From: Terriglobia bacterium
GTDB lineage: Bacteria; Acidobacteriota; Polarisedimenticolia; Polarisedimenticolales; JAIQFR01
Direction of reading: 5' to 3'
Assembly (NCBI GenBank): GCA_963748015.1
Contig: CAVVHE010000009.1
Span: 352,001-416,000 of the forward strand
DNA length: 64,000 nt
Below, in pieces: positions 41,301 to 49,701 of the stretch (its first letter is position 1; each line of letters starts with the position of its first letter). The notes beneath the pieces are model-generated. The model did not search any database. It was given only the letters and a program-made list of their open reading frames with translations, and had not been told where the DNA came from. The translations under genes and the position numbers were made by a program.

Positions 41301-44300
41301 CGGAGCCACAGGTTGTCGTTGGCCTCGATCGTCACGTCGAGGGTCGTCTTCTCCATCCCCTCGTCGGGGCGGGGCACGTCGGCCAGCGGCGCGCGGGTCC
41401 TCGCGAGGAGATTGACCCGGTCGAGCTGGAACGCGCTGCGCCAGACCCCGCGGAGGAGGTCGATCCGGCCGAAGAGGGCGGGAACCCGGCCGCGCGCCGC
41501 CTCGAAGCGGAGCTCTCCCGAGTAGACCCCACGAAACCCCTTGGGCAGCTCGAGCGTCGCGCCGGTCACCTTTCCCTCGAGCAGGAGAGAGGTCGGGGTC
41601 AATCCGTCGACCTCGACGCGACCGGTTCCGGTGAGTGCTCCTCCCGCCGCGGTCCCCGTGATTCTCTCGATGCGCACGGCGCCGGGCTCGATCGTGGCTT
41701 CCGCCTTGATCCGGTCGGCGGCGAGCAGCGTATTTCCCGCCATGCGGACGCGCCCGCCCACGAGGCGCGCCGTCCCGATGAGGTCGGGGGTCTCCGGGTT
41801 GCCGGTCGCGCGCAGGGCGATGGACAGCGTCCCCGCCGACGAAAGGCCCGGCACGAACGCCGTCAGGGCGCTCAAGTCCGCGGTCCCGTCGAGCCAGAGA
41901 TCGAGCGCCGCGCGCGACGGGGCGAGCGTGTAGCTTCCCCCGAGAGAGACGCGATTCGCTCCCGAGACCAGCGTCACGTCGTCGAAGGAAACCTGCCCGC
42001 GGGCGAGGGAGATCCGCGCCGGCCGGGGGGCGGCGAACGACTCCGCTCCCACGAGGATCCTCACGGGGTGCAGCTCCGCTTGCGCCTCGAGCACGCCGGC
42101 GTCGCCGAGAGGACCGGACCACTCGATGCTGCCCGCGATCTCTCCCCCGACGGACGCGGCGGCGACGGGGTAGGCGAACCCGAGGAGCCAGGCGACGGGA
42201 ACGCCTTCGAGGTCCGCGTGCCCGGAGGACGGGTAGGGCGCGGCGAAAGCGATCTCTCCCTCGGCGCCGGCACCCGGCCCGAGCTTCGCCCTGACGCGCG
42301 CTCGCTCGCCGTCCCCCTCGGCGGCGACCGAGAGCCCCTCGAGCGTCCGTCCCCGGAGCGAGACCTCGGGAGCGGGAGCGAGGGTCCCGCTCCACGCCAC
42401 GACTCCTCCGTGCGATTCCCCGCGCAGGGAGAGCGCGACGCGCCCCGACACCGGCAGCCCGCCCAGCCACGGGCCGGCGAGGGAGGCGTCCACGTTCGAC
42501 GCGTCCACCGAGCCGGCGTAGCTCCTGTTCGCGAGGTCGAATCTGCCGGAGGCGTTCGCATCGCCCGAGGGTCCCCGCAGGGAGAGGCGCTCGATCTCGA
42601 TGACGGAATCCTCGAGGGTCACCTCGGCGCGCCCCGTCTCGAACGCGGCCGGCCCGAATCTCGCCTCCGACAGCGAGAGCTCGGCCTTGCCCGATCGTCC
42701 CGCGGCCGAGCCTGCGATCTCGACGGGGCCGCCGAGGCGCGCCGAGGGAGAGCCCGGCGCGCCCGTGAGCGCGAGGATGTCGTCCGCGGGCCAGCGGTCG
42801 AGCGTTCCCCGAACGTGCCAGAGCCCGCCCGGCCCCTCGCGGAAACGCGCCTCCTCGACGGCGAAGGTCCCACCGTCGTTTCGCGCCACCGTGTCGCGAA
42901 GCGCGAACGCGCCTTCCTCCGCCACGAGCCGGCCGCCCAGCGTGTCCGCTCCGATCCCCGCGTACGCGACGTCTTCGAGCGCGAACGCGATCGTCCCCGA
43001 GACCGGCCGGTCCTTCTCGATCGCGAGGTCGATCGACGCCTTGCCGCGCCCCGACAGGGCAACGGCGTCGAGCGGCAGGACGCTCTCTCCCGGAGCGTGC
43101 GGGAGAATCGCGTCCAGCAGGACGGCGGATTCGGAGAGCGACTCGCTGTCGACCTCCGTGCGAAGCGCGACCGACGGCCGGTCGAGCTTCTTCTCCGCCA
43201 CGAGCGACGCGGTCGTGGCGCCGACCCGCGCCGCCGGGGCGCTCGCGGTGACGGTGAGCCCCTCGAGAGCGAACCCGCCGCTCGCTTCCGCGTCGAGGCG
43301 TCCCCGCGCCGAGGCCGTCCCGGTCGGGACGACGCGGAACGTCCCCGCGCCGCGCAGCGAGTCGAGCTCGCGCACGCGCGCCGTCAGCTCCCCCTCGAGC
43401 GAGCCGACGCCGTCGAGGCGGGTTTCGAGCCCGCCGGCCTTCAGGACCGCGGCGAGCGAGAGCCCATCGGCTCTGTATTTCGCGCGGATCCCGCCGCCCT
43501 CGCCCGCAGCGATCGTCCCCTCGGCCCGCAGCGTGCCGCCGAGCGCCTTCGCCACGAGGCTCCGGATCCTCAGGCCTCGCGGCGTGGCCGCGAAGTCCAC
43601 CTCGAGCTCCGAGGCCTCGAGCCCCTCCCGGTGGATCCGGTCGCCGCGCACGCGGCCCTCGGCCATCCAGCCGTTCGGGTCGAAGCGGAGAGTCCCGTTC
43701 CCCCGCAGGCGGCCCGATAGCGGCGACTCGAACCCGAGCAGCGACGAGACGACCGGCATCTCGGCGGCCTCGGCGACGTCGAGCGACGCGCGGACCTGCC
43801 CCGAGGTCGGCACCGCGCGAGGCTCGGGGACGTCGGCGCTCGCCTCGAGCCGCAGCAGGTTGTCGCCCCACGAGACCGAGCCGCTCGCGCGCGCGGCGCC
43901 GCCGTCGAGCGCGCCCTCGACGTGGACCTTGCCGGACCGGCTCGCGGCCGGCGTGCCGCCGCTGAGCCTCTCGGAGTCGAACGTCCCGCTCCCGTCCCCT
44001 CCGGGCCGCGAGGTCCAGGCGACCTGGACGTCCTCGGCGCGGCACCAGATCGGGATCGACCTGTCCTCGACCGACAGGACCCCGCCCGAGATCTCGAGCC
44101 GCTTCAGGCCGATTTTCATCCCGGCCTGCTCCTCGAGCGCGGCCGGGATCGGTCCCTCCCACTTCCCGCTCTCGCGCCAGAAGCTCGCCGCGGGCCGGTC
44201 GACCCTGACGCTCCGGATTTCCAGGCGCCCTCTCAGGAGGGGGAGGAGCGACACCGACGCGGTCGCGCGGGGAATCGAGAGGACGGTCTTCGTCGAGGGG

Positions 44301-44581
44301 GGCATCGCGCCGACTGCGAGCTCTCGAATCTCGACGCGTCCCAGGAACGGCGACACGTGGACGGAGGAGATCGAGACCGGCCTTAGGAGGGTCCTGACGA
44401 GACCCTCGCGCGCCCGGCCCAGGGCCCACGCGTCGAGCCGCTCGCCGGGGCCGGCGAGGTAGGCAGCACCCGCCAGAACGACGGCCGCGATCGGCAGGAG
44501 CCAGCGAACGACCCTTCGCCGCGCCGGTCCTCGAGCGAGGCCGGGACCGGCCCCGGAACTATTCGCTGTCTCGCGACCCAT
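38315..44581 (-). CDS. AsmA/TamB (DUF490) protein fused to POTRA domains and an Omp85 (TamA/BamA-like) barrel
   Basis: N-terminal TM anchor and AsmA-like repeats; TamB C-terminus ELSSNPSIPEREILSLL...TLGKRLS; POTRA repeats; YFAGGDSTFRGF...TPVGPVRVEYG...FTIGQSF. Confidence 0.88.
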   Translation of the reverse strand: MGRETANSSGAGPGLARGPARRRVVRWLLPIAAVVLAGAAYLAGPGERLDAWALGRAREGLVRTLLRPVSISSVHVSPFLGRVEIRELAVGAMPPSTKTVLSIPRATASVSLLPLLRGRLEIRSVRVDRPAASFWRESGKWEGPIPAALEEQAGMKIGLKRLEISGGVLSVEDRSIPIWCRAEDVQVAWTSRPGGDGSGTFDSERLSGGTPAASRSGKVHVEGALDGGAARASGSVSWGDNLLRLEASADVPEPRAVPTSGQVRASLDVAEAAEMPVVSSLLGFESPLSGRLRGNGTLRFDPNGWMAEGRVRGDRIHREGLEASELEVDFAATPRGLRIRSLVAKALGGTLRAEGTIAAGEGGGIRAKYRADGLSLAAVLKAGGLETRLDGVGSLEGELTARVRELDSLRGAGTFRVVPTGTASARGRLDAEASGGFALEGLTVTASAPAARVGATTASLVAEKKLDRPSVALRTEVDSESLSESAVLLDAILPHAPGESVLPLDAVALSGRGKASIDLAIEKDRPVSGTIAFALEDVAYAGIGADTLGGRLVAEEGAFALRDTVARNDGGTFAVEEARFREGPGGLWHVRGTLDRWPADDILALTGAPGSPSARLGGPVEIAGSAAGRSGKAELSLSEARFGPAAFETGRAEVTLEDSVIEIERLSLRGPSGDANASGRFDLANRSYAGSVDASNVDASLAGPWLGGLPVSGRVALSLRGESHGGVVAWSGTLAPAPEVSLRGRTLEGLSVAAEGDGERARVRAKLGPGAGAEGEIAFAAPYPSSGHADLEGVPVAWLLGFAYPVAAASVGGEIAGSIEWSGPLGDAGVLEAQAELHPVRILVGAESFAAPRPARISLARGQVSFDDVTLVSGANRVSLGGSYTLAPSRAALDLWLDGTADLSALTAFVPGLSSAGTLSIALRATGNPETPDLIGTARLVGGRVRMAGNTLLAADRIKAEATIEPGAVRIERITGTAAGGALTGTGRVEVDGLTPTSLLLEGKVTGATLELPKGFRGVYSGELRFEAARGRVPALFGRIDLLRGVWRSAFQLDRVNLLARTRAPLADVPRPDEGMEKTTLDVTIEANDNLWLRNDLADTEARGRIEVGGTVGHPRFEGHFETIEGGELRFGEVRYDLENARVTIPAGPRINPEFDIVASTRVREYDIRMHLWGDANRVESELSSNPSIPEREILSLLLTGTRMEDPNAPTRTGTIQDSAATLVGGQLRSLVGSQLERWLGFEEVRIEPYQYQTTGDPTTRVTLGKRLSPRVFVRTSVPLNSAETTGYEVEYQLNRKVKLSAFRGEHDALGGQARYSARTWSPHARKQRREAAGAAPVAGEKVSEVRFVGNPVEDPARLARIVPLRQGGSFNRRDLVEGTLKLKKHYVKNGFLEASVIASTTRPRDGFVDVEYAIERGYPVELVIEGAGDSAKAIRQLLDVLWLEPAASGTDVEEEAPERIRIALRDEGYFNADAKVAVEQGPSKRKVMVRVDRGEKVRVASLSIAGATAIPEPEIRTHVLVGRETRFRRDVLKPDVLEADVAAVESLYRSRGFLAADATWRVSLSPDGRDANVEITVTEGPRADVRSVEVRGNRAMGDDRVRAIVRSRVGEPFDAVTVYEDLASLRALYDSDGYLDARVVEDLRTDGEKVDLAYDIVEGERKVLRDVEIEGNLVTHSKVIRRLVPLSEGDALSREKVQKLQTDLSRTGLFSEVRLSWADSPGPAGGQTLKIAVREADDLILGTGVGYDTYNGPRIHAEVADANLRGTGWYSGLSVVLGGKVQREQLTFRAPRLVRGWMPILSAGHLIEERDSFTQQGTGASAALERKTAEDLTHIVRYATSYSDVYDLSASEEEIHASEPRLDLGKIRLASLGYSIARDRRDNPLNTKRGTYASADLRWFSELLGSQQRFSMLFLQGSAASPLTASLTGISALKVGVASRLGSGIPLPLQVRYFAGGDSTFRGFPQDRLGYVETETTVDESGNEVIVDKGTLQHDTLIPLGGEAVIILNNELRRPVWGGASAILFWDSGSVFPTPGEIRLSRFRNSLGTGVRFDTPVGPVRVEYGWKLDPQKNESAGEFVFTIGQSF

Positions 44582-44596
44582 CGCGAGAAGAGTCTA

Positions 44597-46420
44597 TCAA
44601 AGGCCGTGGCGGTTGCCGGTGATCGCGGCCCGAAGGGCCTCTACGGCGCGGAGGGCGGCGGGGTCGCGAGGCGCGGCGGCCGGCCGGCCGCGGGGCTCTT
44701 CCGGCAGGCAGGCGTGCTCTTTCACCAGCGCGCGGATCACCGCGTAGACGGCGCCGGGGTCGAGGTGCCTGCGGGTGCGGGAGAGGCGCGAGGCGATGTC
44801 GATGCTGGCGTCCCCCGTGATCCTCGCGAGCCGGTTCACGACGGCCGAGCGCGCCGCCACCTCCCGGAGGGTGCGTCGCTCGGTCTTCCCCGCGAGGCGC
44901 GCGGCGGCCCGGATCAGCTCGAGGTAGGCGCGCTGGAAGGCCCGAACCCGGCGGGAGCGGGCGGGTGTCGCCCTGCGGTGGTCGCGGGAGGCGTAGCTCG
45001 ACGCGGCGATGCGGAGGAACTCGAGCGCCGGCAGCGTCCGTTCCTCGACGAGATAGCGGGCGGGCAGCTCGCGCAGGAGATCCCGCGTGGAGTAAACGGC
45101 GTTGCGGGTGATCCCGTCGGTGACGGCGAGGCGCCGCCGCGACGAGGCGCGCTCGAAGTAGCGGTGCTCGCGGCGGAACCGCTCGACCTCGCGGCGGGCC
45201 GAGGCGAGCAACGCGTCGGCCGTGCGCGGCGCGAACCCGACGTTCCTCAGGAGCAACCGCAGCCGGTGAGTCTCGAACTCCCGGTCGAACAGCAGGACGT
45301 CCGGGTCGCGGCGGAAGGCCGCGAGCGGGCGCTTCCGCCCCCGCTCCAGGGCGTCGCACGCCTGTGCCACGGCCTGGACGACGTAGCGCGCCTTCCTTCG
45401 TTGCTCGGGAATCGTCGTGGACCAGCGCGGCCCGTCGTCGTAACGGTACTCCCGGTGGTACAGGCCGAACTGCCGGACCGAGCCGTAGTCGAGCACGCCG
45501 CCATCCATGAGGATGTTGTCGCCGTCCCACTCGAGCCAGCAGAAGACGTACTCGGTCTCGAACGTGGCGGCGGCGCGCGCGAAGGACAGGGAGACGGAGC
45601 GGGCAAGGTGCCTGAAGCGCGCGTTCCCATGGAGGCGCGGGAAGACGCCGTTCTCCACCTGGCGGTCGATGAACGTATCCGCGACGCCCCGAAGCGACTC
45701 GAGGTCCCCCTGCTTGAGCCAGACGAAGAAGTGCGCGGGGCGCAGCAGCGAGGGGTACGCCCTCACGGCGATCCCGAATCCGCCCGGAAGGGAGAGAACG
45801 GCCAGGACGCGCTCGGTCGCGATGCCGTTCCGGTGGAAGCTCTCGCTCATCAGCGCGGCCGAGAGCCCCTCGAAGACCGTGGCGGTCCCGCACCCGTAGC
45901 AGGCCGTGCGGCTCCCGGTCTTGTAGAAGCGCCCGCTCCACGCGGTCGCGGGGCACAGCCGCGTGACGCCGGTGCCGCAGGCCGAGACGTCCCAGACCTT
46001 GCCGTCGCCCTCGACGGAGCCGAGCCAGACGCTCCGGCCGTCGCCCGACGTCTCGCCGCGCCGGCCGGGATGCTGGATCTGGAGGTAGCGCGTGGCCATG
46101 TAGGTCCCGGGGAGCAGCACTTCGGCGCGCGCGCCGCTTGCCTGCCGGGTCTCGTGCTCGTTCACGATGGTGATGGCGAAGGTGCCGAGCACCGCGCGGC
46201 GCAGGCCGGGGAGCATCGCGTCGGGGTGGTCCTGGGGGATCAGGCCGAGCTCGCGGGCGAGCGCGAAGTTGAAGTAGACGACCTCGGCCCCGCGCACCCG
46301 GCGCGCGCGGTAGTCCACGTACCCGCGGCGCACCGCGCGACGGAACGGGTGCGACCCGTCGAGCGATCGGAACCGCGCGTACGCGTCCTCCGTACGAGGC
46401 GACGCGAGCGTTGCCTCCAT
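44597..46420 (-). CDS. Divergent SelO/YdiU-like protein (putative AMPylase fold)
   Basis: YFNFALARELG, SGDGRS, GIATERVLAV, DGDNILMDGGVLDYG parallel SelO GDGR / G.PT.R.L / DN...DYG. Confidence 0.55.
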   Translation of the reverse strand: MEATLASPRTEDAYARFRSLDGSHPFRRAVRRGYVDYRARRVRGAEVVYFNFALARELGLIPQDHPDAMLPGLRRAVLGTFAITIVNEHETRQASGARAEVLLPGTYMATRYLQIQHPGRRGETSGDGRSVWLGSVEGDGKVWDVSACGTGVTRLCPATAWSGRFYKTGSRTACYGCGTATVFEGLSAALMSESFHRNGIATERVLAVLSLPGGFGIAVRAYPSLLRPAHFFVWLKQGDLESLRGVADTFIDRQVENGVFPRLHGNARFRHLARSVSLSFARAAATFETEYVFCWLEWDGDNILMDGGVLDYGSVRQFGLYHREYRYDDGPRWSTTIPEQRRKARYVVQAVAQACDALERGRKRPLAAFRRDPDVLLFDREFETHRLRLLLRNVGFAPRTADALLASARREVERFRREHRYFERASSRRRLAVTDGITRNAVYSTRDLLRELPARYLVEERTLPALEFLRIAASSYASRDHRRATPARSRRVRAFQRAYLELIRAAARLAGKTERRTLREVAARSAVVNRLARITGDASIDIASRLSRTRRHLDPGAVYAVIRALVKEHACLPEEPRGRPAAAPRDPAALRAVEALRAAITGNRHGL

Positions 46421-46460
46421 CGTCGAGCCCTCGGTTACTCTGTAGAATCTAGGCTTGAAG

Positions 46461-48227
46461 ATGCGAACTGCAACGAAAGCCTCCCCGGGTCCGGCGCAGC
46501 TGCCGGGAAAGCCTGTTCTTCTCGCAACCGCGGGACTCGTTCTCGCCGTCCTCCTCGTCTACTTCCAGGCGATCGGGTTCGGGTTCGTGAAGGTGGACGA
46601 CACGGCCTACGTGACCGGGAATCCCCGCGTCCTCGGAGGCCTCACCGGGTCCAACATCCGGTGGGCCTTCACGACCTTCGAGGCCTCGAACTGGCACCCG
46701 CTGACCTGGATCTCGCTCATGGCGGACGCCGACCTGGGGGGATCCGCCCCGCGCGCGTACCACCTGACGAACGTCCTCCTGCACCTGGCGAGCACGCTGC
46801 TGCTGTTCCACCTGCTCTCGCGGACGACCCGCTCGGTGTGGAGGAGCGCCCTCGTCGCCGCCCTCTTCGCGGTCCACCCGCTCCACGTGGAGTCCGTGGC
46901 GTGGGTGGCCGAGCGCAAGGACGTGCTCAGCACCTTCCTCTGGTTCCTCACGATCGCGGCCTACCTCGGGTACGCGAAGGTACCGTCGGCGTCACGCTAC
47001 GCCGCGGTCGCCGTCCTCTTCGCTCTCGGCCTCCTCGCGAAGCCGATGCTCGTCACCCTGCCGCTGACCCTGTTGCTCCTCGACTACTGGCCGCTGCGCC
47101 GGATCGTCCTGCCTCTCCGTGCGCGGGGGCGCGATCTCCGGCCGCTCTCTGAGAAGCTCCCGCTCCTCGCGCTGTCTGCCGCGTCGAGCGTGGTCACCCT
47201 CGCCGCGCAGTCTTCAGCGGCGGGCACTCTCGAGGCGGTCCCGCTCGGCGTTCGCCTCGGCAACGCGGCGATCGCGTACGCGACGTACCTCGCCAAGACG
47301 GTCTGGCCGGTGGGGCTGTCCATCCACTACCCCTACGCGGTCCCGCTACCGCCCGCGCGCGTCGCGATCTCGCTGGCGGTGCTGGCGGCCATCACGTGGC
47401 TGACGGCGCGCGGCGCCGGCCGCCGGCCGTACCTCGCCATGGGCTGGCTGTGGTACCTCGTCACGCTCGTTCCCGTGCTCGGCCTCGTGCAGGTCGGCGA
47501 GCAGGGCATGGCCGACCGCTACACCTACGTCCCGCTCATCGGCATCTTCGTCATGCTTGCCTGGAGCCTTCCGGACCCCGGCCCGCCGGGCGCTCCGGCG
47601 GCTCGCGGCCGCGTCGCGGCGCTCGCCGGGGGCGCGGCGATCGCGCTCGGGGCGCTCGCGTGGGCCGCGCACGCGCAGGCGGGCCACTGGCGCAGCGCGA
47701 CGGACCTGTTCCGGCACGCGGTCGAGGTGAACGGGCGGAACGCGCTGGCGCGAATGGGTCTCGCGCAGGAGCTCGACGAGGCGGGCCGCCACGACGAGGC
47801 GATCGCCGAATACCGGGAGGCCCTGCGCCTGCGGCCGTCGTCGTGGTTCGCGGCCTCGAACCTCGCGAAAGGGCTCGCCCGGGCCGGCCGGACCGCGGAG
47901 GCCGTCGAGGCCTACCGGCACCTCGCGCGTCTTAGCCCGGAGAGCGCGGGGGTCCTGGGAGAGCTCGCGATTCTCCTGATGCAGGAGGGAAAGCTGCACG
48001 AGGCGGAGAGCGCGCTTCTCGAGGCGGAGAAGCTGAAGCCCGACGACGCCGGGATCCGCGCGGCGCTGGGGATCGTCCTGACGCAGGAGGGGAAGCTCGA
48101 CGACGCCGAGGCCCGCTTCAGGGAAGCGCTCCGCATCGATCCCGGGAGCGCCACCGCGAGAAAGGGCCTCGCCGCCCTGCTCGCCCGGCAGGGGCGGCTG
48201 CAAGAAACCCAAGCTCTTCTGCCCTAA
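46461..48227 (+). CDS. TMTC-like GT-C membrane glycosyltransferase with C-terminal TPRs
   Basis: DD...NWHPLTW, HPLHVESVAWVAERKDVL, LLAKPM, ADRYTY motifs; multiple TM helices; TPR repeats. Confidence 0.85.
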   Translation: MRTATKASPGPAQLPGKPVLLATAGLVLAVLLVYFQAIGFGFVKVDDTAYVTGNPRVLGGLTGSNIRWAFTTFEASNWHPLTWISLMADADLGGSAPRAYHLTNVLLHLASTLLLFHLLSRTTRSVWRSALVAALFAVHPLHVESVAWVAERKDVLSTFLWFLTIAAYLGYAKVPSASRYAAVAVLFALGLLAKPMLVTLPLTLLLLDYWPLRRIVLPLRARGRDLRPLSEKLPLLALSAASSVVTLAAQSSAAGTLEAVPLGVRLGNAAIAYATYLAKTVWPVGLSIHYPYAVPLPPARVAISLAVLAAITWLTARGAGRRPYLAMGWLWYLVTLVPVLGLVQVGEQGMADRYTYVPLIGIFVMLAWSLPDPGPPGAPAARGRVAALAGGAAIALGALAWAAHAQAGHWRSATDLFRHAVEVNGRNALARMGLAQELDEAGRHDEAIAEYREALRLRPSSWFAASNLAKGLARAGRTAEAVEAYRHLARLSPESAGVLGELAILLMQEGKLHEAESALLEAEKLKPDDAGIRAALGIVLTQEGKLDDAEARFREALRIDPGSATARKGLAALLARQGRLQETQALLP

Positions 48228-48236
48228 CTGCGCCCT

Positions 48237-48264
48237 CGTCGAAGGCGGCCGCCCGCCTTCGACG
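48237..48264 (+). terminator. Putative terminator hairpin
   Basis: 12-bp stem CGTCGAAGGCGG/CCGCCTTCGACG just after the stop codon; weak U-tract. Confidence 0.5.
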
Positions 48265-48297
48265 TGTGGTATTTTCGGGCGGGAAGAAGCGGTGGCG

Positions 48298-49695
48298 ATG
48301 AGCGACGAGACTCTTGCGGGCCGGCGGGTTCTGGTCGTGGACGACGAGGAAGTGATCGTCGAGTCCTGCCGTGCCATCCTCGAGAGGCAGGGCTGCCTCG
48401 TGGACGGGGAGCTCGACGGGACGCGCGGCCGCGAGCGCGCGCTCCGCGGAGAGTACGACCTGGTCCTCCTCGACGTGCGGCTGCCGGGCTCCGACGGTCT
48501 CGAGATCCTGGCCGCGGTGCGGGAGAGGCGGTCCGACCTCGAGGTGATCGTCATCACCGGCCACTCGACGATCGAGACCGCCGTCCGCGCGGTGAAGCTC
48601 GGCGCGTTCGACTTCGTGCCCAAGCCGTTCACGCCGGAGGAGCTGCTTTCCAAGGTACGGGCGGCCCTCGACCACCTCGACCAGCACCGCCCGGGGCGGG
48701 CCGCGGAGGACGGGGAGCTGGAGGGGCTCGTCAGCGACTCCGAGGCGATGGCCTCGGTGCGGGCGGTCATCGCGCGCGTCGCCGGGTCCGAGGCGACGGT
48801 GCTCATCCACGGAGAGACCGGCACGGGAAAGGAACTCGTGGCGGGGATCCTCCACGGCGCGAGCGCGAGGCGCGACGGTCCCTTCGTCTCGGTGGACTGT
48901 TCGGCGCTCGCTCCGGGTCTCCTCGAGAGCGAGCTGTTCGGCCACGTGAAGGGCTCCTTCACGGGTGCTCTGTCCACCAAGCCCGGGCTGTTCGAGCTGG
49001 CCGAGGCCGGGACCCTGTTCCTCGACGAGATCTGCAACATGACCCTGGAGACGCAAGGGAAGCTCCTCCGCTTCCTCGAGTCCGGCGAGTTCCGGCCGGT
49101 CGGAGGGGTCGAGCTGAAGCGGGTGAACTTCCGGCTCGTGGCGGCCACGAACCGCGACCTCGCCGCGATGGTCGAGGAAGGTAGCTTCCGGCAGGACCTC
49201 TATTACCGGCTCAACGTCGTCCCGGTTCGCCTGCCCGCGCTGCGGGAGCGCCCCTCCGACATCCCGGAGCTGATCCGCCACTTCCTGAGGAAGCACGGGA
49301 GGCAGGACGCCGGAAAGCCCCTGCGCTTCTCGCCGGAGGCGCTCGACCGCCTCAAGGCCTACGCGTGGCCGGGGAACGTGCGCGAGCTGAAGAACCTCGT
49401 CGAGCGCCTCGTGGTGATGGTCGAAGGGGACACCGTCCGCCTCGAGCATCTTCCGGAGCACGTCACCGGTCCGGCCGACGGCGCGTTACCCGAGGTCCCC
49501 CGAAGCAACGACGAGTTGAAGGCGCTCAAGCGGACGCTGCGGAACCACATGTTCGACGACATCGAGCGGCGCTTCGTGATCGAGGCGCTGAGGCGCAGCG
49601 ACTGGAACGTGAGCCGCGCCGCCCGGGAGACCGGCCTGCAGCGCCCGAACTTCCACGCGCTGATGCGCAAGCACGGCGTCCGGGCGAGAGAGTAG
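48298..49695 (+). CDS. NtrC-family sigma54-dependent response regulator
   Basis: REC domain, GETGTGKE, GSFTGA, WPGNVREL, HTH. Confidence 0.92.
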   Translation: MSDETLAGRRVLVVDDEEVIVESCRAILERQGCLVDGELDGTRGRERALRGEYDLVLLDVRLPGSDGLEILAAVRERRSDLEVIVITGHSTIETAVRAVKLGAFDFVPKPFTPEELLSKVRAALDHLDQHRPGRAAEDGELEGLVSDSEAMASVRAVIARVAGSEATVLIHGETGTGKELVAGILHGASARRDGPFVSVDCSALAPGLLESELFGHVKGSFTGALSTKPGLFELAEAGTLFLDEICNMTLETQGKLLRFLESGEFRPVGGVELKRVNFRLVAATNRDLAAMVEEGSFRQDLYYRLNVVPVRLPALRERPSDIPELIRHFLRKHGRQDAGKPLRFSPEALDRLKAYAWPGNVRELKNLVERLVVMVEGDTVRLEHLPEHVTGPADGALPEVPRSNDELKALKRTLRNHMFDDIERRFVIEALRRSDWNVSRAARETGLQRPNFHALMRKHGVRARE

Positions 49696-49701
49696 CCCCG
49701 C

